54,315 nt of DNA from Eubacteriales bacterium (lineage in GTDB: Bacteria > Bacillota > Clostridia > Oscillospirales > CAG-272). Positions 18,410-26,490 of the stretch are shown one piece after another. The position numbers and the translations under genes are program-made. The notes under the pieces are model-generated. The model searched no databases. It was not told the DNA's origin and worked only from the letters and a program-made list of their open reading frames with translations. The stretch is taken from contig JAZODX010000152.1 in the NCBI GenBank assembly GCA_045597265.1, positions 1 through 54,315 on the forward strand, written 5' to 3'. Within the stretch, counting starts at the first letter, position 1. Each line of letters starts with the position of its first letter.

Positions 18410-19015
18410 ATGGGTATGGAAATTCTTTATGCGGATAACGCCATCGCCGTCTGTATCAAGCCGATCGGACTCGATGCAGAGATCGGCGTGCCTGCGGCAC
18501 TTGCCGAGACGCTCGGCGGCGGCTTCTATCCCATCCACCGACTCGATCTGAACGTGGGCGGCGTCATGGTGTACGCCCGCACCAAAGCCGCCGCCGCTGA
18601 CCTCTCACGTGCCGTACAGGATGGGAGCGTGATTAAGGAATACGTGGCCGAGGTGCACGGTGCACCGCCCGAGACGGGGGACTGGGAAGATCTTTTGTGG
18701 AAGGATCCGAAGAAAAATAAGGTCTATACCGTCAAGCGGATGCGGGGAGGTGTCAAGCAGGCTCGGCTGGAGTTTAGCCGTCTGCGCGAGGGGGAAACCT
18801 CGCTTGTGCGCGTCCGCCTGCATACGGGGCGTACCCACCAGATTCGTGTGTAGTTTGCATTTCGTGGCTTTCCGCTGGTGGGGGATCACAAATACGGCGC
18901 ACGCGACAAGGCCGCCGCGCCGATGCTGTTCTCCTGTGCCATCACCTTCCCGTATCGGGGAGAAACGAAAACCTACGAGGCACTCCCCGCATGGGCCGAG
19001 TGCGGCGAGAAATAA
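18410..19015 (+). pseudogene. RluA-family pseudouridine synthase interrupted by an in-frame TAG at 18851-18853
   Basis: The sequence carries HRLD, then HTGRTHQIRV-TAG-FAFRGFPLVGDHKYG, all in one frame. The conserved C-terminal part continues to a TAA at 19013-19015. Confidence 0.8.
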
Positions 19016-19019
19016 AGTA

Positions 19020-19047
19020 AAAAAGCTGCTTCGGCAGCTTTTTTTCG
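19020..19047 (+). terminator. Intrinsic terminator
   Basis: AAAAAGCTGC-TTCG-GCAGCTTTTTTT. Confidence 0.85.
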
Positions 19048-19207
19048 TAAACAAAGCACGCGGATACCGTATAATTGCCCCGCCCGCCACAAAGGCTCCC
19101 TCTCGGAGAGAGCCTTGATTTAATGCGTTTCGCCGCCCTCCGCCGGGTGCATCTGCCGAAGGCTTTTTTTCGCCTGATCAAAAAATCAAAAAACTTTTTG
19201 AATTTCA

Positions 19208-19255
19208 TTGACAAATGTCGTTGAATGTGCTATACTAAATTCACAGACAAATGTC
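19208..19255 (+). promoter_or_regulatory. Promoter with two identical palindromic operator candidates
   Basis: TTGACA(19208-19213)-17-TATACT(19231-19236). The palindrome GACAAATGTC occurs at 19210-19219 (over the -35 element) and at 19246-19255 (just downstream of the -10 element). Confidence 0.7.
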
Positions 19256-19279
19256 GACGAAAGAAAAGGAGGAGAAAAG

Positions 19280-19663
19280 ATGAGTCAAACCTTCGTTCGT
19301 TTGCCCGACGCGGAGCTTGACGTGATGCAGGTGCTGTGGCAGGCGGGAGAGCCCCGTCGGCCGTCTCAGCTGTTGGATGCACTCCGCGGCAAGCGGGATT
19401 GGAGCCTTTCCACCATTCAGGTTATCCTCGGCCGTCTTGAGGAAAAGGGCTTCGTTACGCTGATTTGTGAAAAGCGCTTTCATTATTACCTTCCTGCCGT
19501 TGAGGAGGAGGCTTATCGGGTCGGTGAGACCCGCAGCTTTCTGGATCGGATGCACGGCGGATCGGTCAGATCGCTGATGGCGGCGCTGGTGGAGTGCCGC
19601 GGCGTGAGCGCCGACGACCTTGATGAAATCGCACGGATTCTCAACGAGAAGAAAGGAGAATGA
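19280..19663 (+). CDS. BlaI/MecI/CopY family transcriptional repressor
   Basis: The N-terminus is LPDAELDVMQVLW followed by a winged helix. The ATG at 19280 lies 6 nt after AAGGAGG. Confidence 0.85.
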   Translation: MSQTFVRLPDAELDVMQVLWQAGEPRRPSQLLDALRGKRDWSLSTIQVILGRLEEKGFVTLICEKRFHYYLPAVEEEAYRVGETRSFLDRMHGGSVRSLMAALVECRGVSADDLDEIARILNEKKGE

Positions 19664-19666
19664 CCG

Positions 19667-22165
19667 ATGCGTGAGCTTTTTCTGACGATTGCCGAAATCA
19701 CCCTTGCCATGTCGCCGGTTCTTCTGCTCGCCCTGCTCCTCTCCCGCTTTGGGCGGCGTTTCTCGGCGGGCTGTCGGTATGCCGTCTGGTGCCTTCTGCT
19801 TCTGCGGCTGGCGATTCCGGTGAATATTTCCTTTCCCGCTCCCGTGGTGTCGCTGACACCGCCCGCCGATATGCCGTCGGTCGAGCAGGTCTTCGATCAC
19901 CTGCAGATTCCCGCCGTCCCGATGGACGTGGTATCGGTCGATGCCAATTTACCGACCGTGACTGACGGAATCCCCGACGACGCTTACGTGGTGGGTGGCG
20001 GAATCGGAACCTCTCCCTTTGCGGCACTTGATCTTGTTCGCCCCGCCACCCTTGTGTGGGCGGTCGGCGCGCTTGCGGTTCTTCTCTGGCAGGCGGTGGT
20101 TTGCCTTGCCGCCGAGATGCGGGTGCACCGATGGAAGCTGCCCGCCACCGACGCGCGGCTGACGGCGGCGCTTGCCCGTGCCAAGGATGCGCTCGGCATC
20201 AAGCGCACGGTTTCCATCTGGCTCTGCCCCGGGATTCATTCCCCCATGCTGCACGGCCTCATCCGCCCCGAGATTCTTCTGCCCCACGGGGAGTATGACG
20301 ACGAAGCACTGGACGCCATTCTGCGGCACGAGCTGACGCACGCACGGCGGGGAGATCTGTGGTGGAAGCTGATCGGTATACCGGCCGTAAGTCTGCATTT
20401 TTTCAATCCGCTTGTGTGGATTGCCCGCAAGCAGCAGGAAATTGAGATGGAGCAGTCGTGCGACGAGGCGGTTTTCCGCACGGGTGACGTATCGCGCAAG
20501 GTCTACGGCGAGACTATGCTCGCCGTGGCGCGTGAGGGACTCGAGATGCGCGCAGTTGGGCTGAATACCCATTTCCATGCCTCTGCCAAGACCCTCAAGG
20601 CGCGATTCCGCAATATTCTCGATTCCTCGGCCCGCCGCACGGGACTTTGGCTGATTGCCGCGGCACTCGCCGTTACGCTTCTCGTTTGCGGCTTCGTCTC
20701 CTGCCGCGCGGAAATGCCGCCCGATCCGATCACGGGTGAGGAGAGCGGGACAGTCGGACATGAGACGACGGACGGGGGGGCGCTTACCGATCCTGCGGTA
20801 ACGATTGGCACTGAGACGACGGCGGGGCAGCCCCATACGCCGTATCTGAATCTGGTTGCTCCCATGCTGAATCTGAAGGAGCCGGTCGTTGAGAGGAAAT
20901 TCGGCTATTACACCGACGAAAACGGAGTGCAGGCGTTCTGCAACGGCACGCTGTACGCGGTCAGCAGCCCGAGGGCGGTATACGCCGCAGCGCCCGGGAC
21001 GGTAACGTCCGTCGAGCGGAACGATTCGCTTGGCCTCTTCGTCATCCTTGATCACGGCGGTGAGCGCAAAACGGTATACGGCCGTTTGGGCAATACATCG
21101 CTGGAGGCGGGAATGCAGATTGCGCAGAGCGGCTATATCGGACAGACCGGTGAGGAAAATACCCTGTATTTTGCCGTCTCGATTGACGGCGCGTACGTCG
21201 ATCCCGAGCAATATCTGCGATGGGAGCTCAAGCCGGTTTTCAGCTATACGCTCGACAACAGCCTGCCCCGTCTGCGCACCTGGAATCCGCTTGAGAACCC
21301 GGAGTTTCCACCCGAGACGGTCTCCCGTATGGGCAGTGAATACACGGCAATTGCGTATATGCTGACCCAGCTTTACGGTGAAGATCACAGCTTCGGGCGG
21401 TTTACGCTCCTGCCCGAGCAGATCGTGATTGACGGGCAGACGATGGACAGCGTTTGGGAGATCCACCAGAGCAGCTATTCCTCAATTTGGTTTGCCATGA
21501 CGAAATACGGCGGCGCAATCTACCAAAGTGAGAATAAAACGGCATGGAGAGCGGTCAGAAACGGCAATTTCACCTCGACGCTTGACAGCAGGACGGTAAC
21601 GGGTGAGTGGCTGGATTCTCCCTCCCCCCTCTTCCGTGAGCGGGTGTGGATGGTGCATAACGAGCAGTATGACGTCGTGCTGACCGGAGTTGCCACCGTG
21701 GAGGTGTATTCCTCGCAGAACGGAACTCTGCCCTCCGTCTTTACGTACACGATCGATGAAGATATGCCGGAGATGATCTCGGCCGAGCGGATTGCCGATC
21801 CTTACCTGAGCGATGCGGTGAAGGCGCGTGTACACGCCGAATATCTGCGCGTGCGCACCTATATCGAGCAAAAGTACGGCGAGGCGCACGACTATATTTC
21901 GGCGCATTTGATGAGCACGGCCTATGAGGGATTCGAGAGTGTATGGAATATCCGCAAGAAGGACGGGAGCGGGTTTGCACTCTATATGAAGCCGGCGGGC
22001 GAGGCGATTTTGGTCGGCAGCCTCTGGTCGGCCGAGGATAACCGCGATACTGTTTGGGCATCGGCGCCACGCTACAGCGACAGTGATCCGTACGGTGATG
22101 CCGTCCTCAAGCGAAGCACGAAGGAGCCCCTCTTCCCCTGTGACGTGATCTTCAATTTGCCGTAA
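19667..22165 (+). CDS. BlaR1/M56-family membrane metalloprotease-sensor fused to a degenerate M23/LytM-like domain and a long domain of unknown function
   Basis: The N-terminal transmembrane region carries HELTHARRGDLWWK (HExxH). The mid region LGLFVILDHGGERKTVYGRL...GYIGQTGEENTLYFAVSIDGAYVDP resembles M23 but lacks the His/Asp metal ligands. About 300 further residues have no motif I recognise. Confidence 0.75.
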   Translation: MRELFLTIAEITLAMSPVLLLALLLSRFGRRFSAGCRYAVWCLLLLRLAIPVNISFPAPVVSLTPPADMPSVEQVFDHLQIPAVPMDVVSVDANLPTVTDGIPDDAYVVGGGIGTSPFAALDLVRPATLVWAVGALAVLLWQAVVCLAAEMRVHRWKLPATDARLTAALARAKDALGIKRTVSIWLCPGIHSPMLHGLIRPEILLPHGEYDDEALDAILRHELTHARRGDLWWKLIGIPAVSLHFFNPLVWIARKQQEIEMEQSCDEAVFRTGDVSRKVYGETMLAVAREGLEMRAVGLNTHFHASAKTLKARFRNILDSSARRTGLWLIAAALAVTLLVCGFVSCRAEMPPDPITGEESGTVGHETTDGGALTDPAVTIGTETTAGQPHTPYLNLVAPMLNLKEPVVERKFGYYTDENGVQAFCNGTLYAVSSPRAVYAAAPGTVTSVERNDSLGLFVILDHGGERKTVYGRLGNTSLEAGMQIAQSGYIGQTGEENTLYFAVSIDGAYVDPEQYLRWELKPVFSYTLDNSLPRLRTWNPLENPEFPPETVSRMGSEYTAIAYMLTQLYGEDHSFGRFTLLPEQIVIDGQTMDSVWEIHQSSYSSIWFAMTKYGGAIYQSENKTAWRAVRNGNFTSTLDSRTVTGEWLDSPSPLFRERVWMVHNEQYDVVLTGVATVEVYSSQNGTLPSVFTYTIDEDMPEMISAERIADPYLSDAVKARVHAEYLRVRTYIEQKYGEAHDYISAHLMSTAYEGFESVWNIRKKDGSGFALYMKPAGEAILVGSLWSAEDNRDTVWASAPRYSDSDPYGDAVLKRSTKEPLFPCDVIFNLP

Positions 22166-22218
22166 CAAAACTGTGGATGTAATGCGTGGCATTCCAAGTG
22201 AAGACAATGTGTAATGAA

Positions 22219-22258
22219 AAAGTTCCCACAGACGAAAATAACAGTCTGTGGGAACTTT
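22219..22258 (+). terminator. Terminator hairpin
   Basis: A 15-bp stem AAAGTTCCCACAGAC/GTCTGTGGGAACTTT followed by GTCTTATTTTG. Confidence 0.7.
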
Positions 22259-22351
22259 GTCTTATTTTGATTCAATTTTCATTCCTGTATGGTGCGGTTT
22301 GCTATTATATGCGCTGAAAAATATTTCTGACGAGCCGCAAAAATGCAAGGT

Positions 22352-22619
22352 TCCCTTGTGTAAAGGGAGCTGTCACCGAAGGTGACTGAGGGATTGTAAA
22401 CGAAACGGTTAGCAGAGCACAAAATTTTTGCATTACAGCGATATGTCAGGCCGGTAACAATCCCTCCGTCACGGCTTGCGCCGTGCCACCTCCCTTTACA
22501 CAAGGGAGGCTTACGAAAGTGGTGCATCAAGGGACCCCTTGTGTAAAGAGAGGCTTGCGAAAGAGCCGTATCAAAGGCTCCCTTGTGTAAAGGGAGCTGT
22601 CACCGAAGGTGACTGAGGG
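22352..22619. repeat. Repeat family B cluster: a 41-bp perfect direct repeat pair plus inverted partial copies
   Basis: TCCCTTGTGTAAAGGGAGCTGTCACCGAAGGTGACTGAGGG occurs at 22352-22392 and again at 22579-22619. Between them lie an inverted CCTCCCTTTACACAAGGGAGG and the module CCGTCACGGCTTGCGCCGTGCCACCTCC (22466-22493). Confidence 0.85.
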
Positions 22620-22968
22620 TGCATTCTACGAGATGGTCTATATATTCGCAAACACCTTGAAAATTATTATGTATTTGTGTGTTTGATATTCTGATTACTG
22701 TCAAGCCGTATTCTTCAAGAAATGCGGTACGTTCTTTGTCGTAAGCCTTTCCTTCTTCGGTGTAGTGCCCCGATCCGTCAAGCTCAATGACGAGCTTGGC
22801 TTTGGCACAGTAGAAATCGGCAATATATTTGCCGAGCACCTTTTGGCGAGAAAAACGGACGGGATATTTGTGCAAAAAGTCATACCAAAGGTGCTGTTCT
22901 TCTTTGGTCATACTATTACGCAATATTTTGGCAGTCGGAACAATATTTTTATTGTGCTTTCTCTGCAT
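22600..22968 (-). CDS. DUF559 (Vsr/restriction-endonuclease-like fold) domain protein
   Basis: 122 aa with DUF559-type motifs (RFSRQKVLGKYIADFYC, IELDGSGH). The last roughly 7 codons and the stop lie inside the family B repeat. Confidence 0.75.
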   Translation of the reverse strand: MQRKHNKNIVPTAKILRNSMTKEEQHLWYDFLHKYPVRFSRQKVLGKYIADFYCAKAKLVIELDGSGHYTEEGKAYDKERTAFLEEYGLTVIRISNTQIHNNFQGVCEYIDHLVECTLSHLR

Positions 22969-23006
22969 TACAGTTACTCCGTCTTGCTTTGTGTGCTGTC
23001 TTCCCT

Positions 23007-23540
23007 TTAAGATAGTCGGGGATATCCATTTATCTCTGTGATTATTGTTTGGACATTTTCGGTGATGTGTTTTGTTCCGTCAAGACAAATAACTTTACAT
23101 CGCATCGTGTCAAGCCATTCCTCAACCTTGTCGGCGCTTCTTTTTTCTGCATATGAAAAAAACGCCTCTTCCTGCTCGTACATATCGCCGCCCGGAAGGA
23201 CTCTTGCGCCGAATTGATCGACTGCACGCTTCCGTATTCGCTTTACACGGATATTCGCGGGGACAGAGAGATACACAATAAGATCATAATGCGCATTGAT
23301 TTCCGCCGTCATGTTTCCATTGACAGCGGAGAAAACAAAGCGAGGATTTGATTTTATATCTTCCCAAAGCATTTGTTCAACCTCTGTGCGCGATCGGGAT
23401 GATTGATACGGATTATCGGTACTTGTAAAATAGTATTTTTCAACATCCATGTGCTTGAAATTTAATTCATTTGCAAGCGCTTCCGCAAGCGTTGTCTTTC
23501 CACTGCCGTTAAGTCCGCAAATACATATTCCGTATTTCAT
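23007..23540 (-). CDS. P-loop NTPase / nucleotide-kinase-like protein
   Basis: A Walker A motif GLNGSGKTT lies at the N-terminus. At 177 aa it is the size of a small-molecule or nucleotide kinase. Confidence 0.7.
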   Translation of the reverse strand: MKYGICICGLNGSGKTTLAEALANELNFKHMDVEKYYFTSTDNPYQSSRSRTEVEQMLWEDIKSNPRFVFSAVNGNMTAEINAHYDLIVYLSVPANIRVKRIRKRAVDQFGARVLPGGDMYEQEEAFFSYAEKRSADKVEEWLDTMRCKVICLDGTKHITENVQTIITEINGYPRLS

Positions 23541-23619
23541 GGATTTCCTTCCAATTCATGTCGAGTTTCGTATTTTCATGACAAATGCTTTCGACCATAC
23601 TATTCCTTTATTGCAGAAG

Positions 23620-23653
23620 AAGAACCGCAGAAGGTTAATCTGCGGTTCTTTTT
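23620..23653 (-). terminator. Hairpin downstream of the CNNM gene pair
   Basis: AAGAACCGCAG-AAGGTTAAT-CTGCGGTTCTT. The T-run is stronger on the plus strand, so the orientation is uncertain. Confidence 0.5.
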
Positions 23654-23696
23654 GGATGAGCGTATCACGCTCAGATCTCGGGATTGTTGTTTTGAC

Positions 23697-25004
23697 TTAT
23701 TCCTCTTCGTCTTCCTCGGGCGGGTTTACCACAACCGAGAGGCGCGTGACGCGCATATCCACCATGGCGTCAACGATGATATAGAGATTTTTGTAGGTAA
23801 AGCTGTCACCCTCGTGCGGTGCGGCGTCCAGCATTTCGATCGCCCAGCCGCCGACGGTGGTATAATCGGTCTCAAAATCACGGTCGCTGACGTCAACGAG
23901 GTCGAAAAAGTCCCAGATACCCATATCGCCGTAGACGGTATAGGTGGAATCTCCGGTTTTGACGTATTCCTCCACGATTTCGTCGCTTTCGTCCCAGATA
24001 TCGCCGACGATCTGCTCAAGGATATCCTCCATGGTAACGATACCCATCGTGCCGCCGTATTCGTCGACGACGATGGCAAGATGTGCCTGGCGCTGACGCA
24101 TTTCGTTCAGCGCGGCAGGAAGCTTCATCGATTTATGGATAAAGAGCGGCTCCATCAGAAGCGGGCGGATATCAACCGGATCGCCGTCTGCTTCCACGAG
24201 TGCGCGGAAGAAATAATTGAGGTACATGATACCGATGATGTTGTCGATGCGGTCCTCATACACGGGAATCCGCGAGAAGCTGGATTGATCGGCCGTCTCG
24301 AGAATTTCCTCAAAATCGTCCTCAATATCAATGGCGAGCATCGAGGTACGGGGAATGAGGATCTCCTCAACGGTGGTTTCATTCAATTCCAGGGTCGACT
24401 GCAGAAGATCACTCTGATCCTCGTCGATGACACCCTCCTCCTCGACCGTTTCGATGATGGAGGACAGCTCCTGCTCGGTGACGGTCGGTTCATCCTCGCT
24501 GCGGTCGCTGCCCCAGAGGCGGCGCAGACCACGCAGAACGAACTGAACGATGCCGACGAGCGGCGAGAGAATGATCATCAGGATGCGGGTCGGATACGCA
24601 ACCCAGCGTACCACGACGTCTGCATTCTGCTTGGAGAGAATCTTCGGCACGATTTCGCCGAAAATGAGAATCATCACCGTCATGATGACGGTGGCAATGG
24701 CAGAGCCGAGCGCCTCGCCCGATCCGCCCGTAATGCCGAGCAGATTAAGAATATCGAGGATAATCACCGTCGTTGCCGAGGAAGCGGCAACGTTTGCCAG
24801 GTTATTGCCGATCAGGATGGCTGAGAGCGCGACGGTGAATTTTTCGCTGATGCGGTAGGCAAGGTCCGCCGTTTTGCTTCCGGCCTCCGCGCTCTTTTTC
24901 AAGCGCATTTTGTTTGAGGCGTTGAATGCGATCTCGGAGCCCGAGAAGTATGCCGAGAGCATCAGCATCAGAAGAATCAATATGTAAGGCCAGATTCCAC
25001 TCAT
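23697..25004 (-). CDS. Hemolysin/CNNM family protein (DUF21, CBS pair, CorC_HlyC domains)
   Basis: 435 aa. It has an N-terminal DUF21 transmembrane region, a CBS pair and a C-terminal CorC-type domain. Confidence 0.85.
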   Translation of the reverse strand: MSGIWPYILILLMLMLSAYFSGSEIAFNASNKMRLKKSAEAGSKTADLAYRISEKFTVALSAILIGNNLANVAASSATTVIILDILNLLGITGGSGEALGSAIATVIMTVMILIFGEIVPKILSKQNADVVVRWVAYPTRILMIILSPLVGIVQFVLRGLRRLWGSDRSEDEPTVTEQELSSIIETVEEEGVIDEDQSDLLQSTLELNETTVEEILIPRTSMLAIDIEDDFEEILETADQSSFSRIPVYEDRIDNIIGIMYLNYFFRALVEADGDPVDIRPLLMEPLFIHKSMKLPAALNEMRQRQAHLAIVVDEYGGTMGIVTMEDILEQIVGDIWDESDEIVEEYVKTGDSTYTVYGDMGIWDFFDLVDVSDRDFETDYTTVGGWAIEMLDAAPHEGDSFTYKNLYIIVDAMVDMRVTRLSVVVNPPEEDEEE

Positions 25005-26320
25005 CAGTCCTCATCCTCCTCTCGTTCGGTTTCCTCGAGGGGGAGCGTCGGATCCTCATCGTCCAGCTTGATGATCACGCGGACGATGCGTCCGTCTGCA
25101 ATCTCGTCTGCGGTGACGGTGAGATAGTTGCTGCCGATTGTTTCCACGAAGCTTTCCTCTTCCTCGGGAACGCGGCCGAATCGCTCAAGCACCCACGCAC
25201 CGACCGAACGGCTGTCCGCAGGAAGTGAGCCCTCGAGGCCGATTCTGTCAAACAGCTCGTCAAGCCGACATTTGGGGCTGACCGAGAAACGGTTGCCGCC
25301 GAGCTTGAAGAAGGTTTCATCTACCACTTCCTCCTCGTCCCAGATCTCACCGACGATTTCCTCAAGGAAGTCCTCGATAGTCACGAGCCCGAGCAGAATC
25401 CCCTCCGCATCGCGGACGAGACCCATATAGTTTTTGGAGTGGCTCATGCGGTCAAGCTGATCGTCGATGAGCGCGTCGGGGGAAACGAAGTAGGGGGAAG
25501 CAAGAAGGGGGCGGAGGGCAAGATTTTTGTCGTGGTAATAGCCCTTGAGGAATTTTCTTACCTGCAGGATCCCGATTACGTGATCGAGGTCTCCTTCATA
25601 TACCGGGATGCGGGAGCGGCGGTGATCACGGATGAAGGCCAGCACCTCCTCGTTGGTCATGGAGACGTCGAGGGCACAGATGTCCTCGCGCATCGTCATG
25701 ACGTCCTCCACGCGAGTTTCGGCAAACTCGATGGCCGAGCGCATCATTTCGCTCGTGTCAGCGTCAACGACGCCCTCCTCCTCGGCGGTATCGATGATAT
25801 CGATCAGCTCATCCTCGGTGATGGAGGGCTGCTGCTTGCCGGAGAAGAGACGGGTGAAAAATTTCGAGATCCAGGTGAAGAATGCGGCCAGGGGACCGAG
25901 CACCTTCATCAGCACGCGAAGCGAGCCGGCCAGCATCAGTGCTGTCGAGTCACTTCTGTCGTTGGCGAAGGCCTTCGGAATCATCTCGCTAAAGAAAAAG
26001 AAGAGCAGGGTGGTTACCACGGTGGCCCAAAGAGCAGAATTGGAGTTTTTGGGTAATTCGTTTGCGGCAATGATGGTTGCCACCGAAGCGGCGGCGGTAC
26101 GTGCAACGTTGTTGCCGATCAGAAGGGTAGACAGTGCACGCTCAAAGTTATTGGTGATGTACATCGTGTGCTTTGCGCGGCGATTGCCCTCTTCTGCTTT
26201 GCTCTTGATTTTTATCTTGTTCAGTGCGGTAAATGCACTTTCTGCGCCCGAAAAATAACTTCCGCACAGAAGGAACAGGATAAAGACAATCAATAAAGGA
26301 ATACTACTGTCACTACTCAT
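25004..26320 (-). CDS. Hemolysin/CNNM family protein, a paralog of the downstream gene
   Basis: 438 aa with the same architecture. Its stop overlaps the start of the next gene by 1 nt. Confidence 0.85.
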   Translation of the reverse strand: MSSDSSIPLLIVFILFLLCGSYFSGAESAFTALNKIKIKSKAEEGNRRAKHTMYITNNFERALSTLLIGNNVARTAAASVATIIAANELPKNSNSALWATVVTTLLFFFFSEMIPKAFANDRSDSTALMLAGSLRVLMKVLGPLAAFFTWISKFFTRLFSGKQQPSITEDELIDIIDTAEEEGVVDADTSEMMRSAIEFAETRVEDVMTMREDICALDVSMTNEEVLAFIRDHRRSRIPVYEGDLDHVIGILQVRKFLKGYYHDKNLALRPLLASPYFVSPDALIDDQLDRMSHSKNYMGLVRDAEGILLGLVTIEDFLEEIVGEIWDEEEVVDETFFKLGGNRFSVSPKCRLDELFDRIGLEGSLPADSRSVGAWVLERFGRVPEEEESFVETIGSNYLTVTADEIADGRIVRVIIKLDDEDPTLPLEETEREEDED

Positions 26321-26361
26321 GACGGAGAAAAACCAACTCCTTTTTTATATAGTTAATTAAC

Positions 26362-26390
26362 AGTATAACGCATTTGTGCGGTTTTGTCAA
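26362..26390 (-). promoter_or_regulatory. Promoter of the CNNM pair
   Basis: The minus strand reads TTGACA-17-TATACT. Confidence 0.65.
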
Positions 26391-26455
26391 GAGATCGGAT
26401 GGATTCTGTGATTTTTTGTCATACCGCTGCTCCTTGGCACGGGATATTTCTTCTC

Positions 26456-26484
26456 TTGTTATTTTCGCAGAGTTGTGCTATAAT
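26456..26484 (+). promoter_or_regulatory. Promoter upstream of dxs
   Basis: TTGTTA(26456-26461)-17-TATAAT(26479-26484), with a TGC extended -10 element. Confidence 0.6.
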
Positions 26485-26490
26485 GAGATA

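Noticed and set aside
18851-18853. TAG decoded as pyrrolysine, or a reassigned genetic code
   Set aside because: No pyl genes or PYLIS-like context are visible. TAG, TAA and TGA all appear to end well-supported genes in this window, with terminators following. A nonsense mutation or sequencing error is more parsimonious.
22279-22530. 83-aa ORF (…PLCKGRWHGASRDGGIV…) and similar short ORFs at 8206-8481, 8442-8945 and 43785-44198
   Set aside because: They consist of translated intergenic repeat modules (families A, B and C). They lack ribosome-binding sites and cross terminator hairpins.
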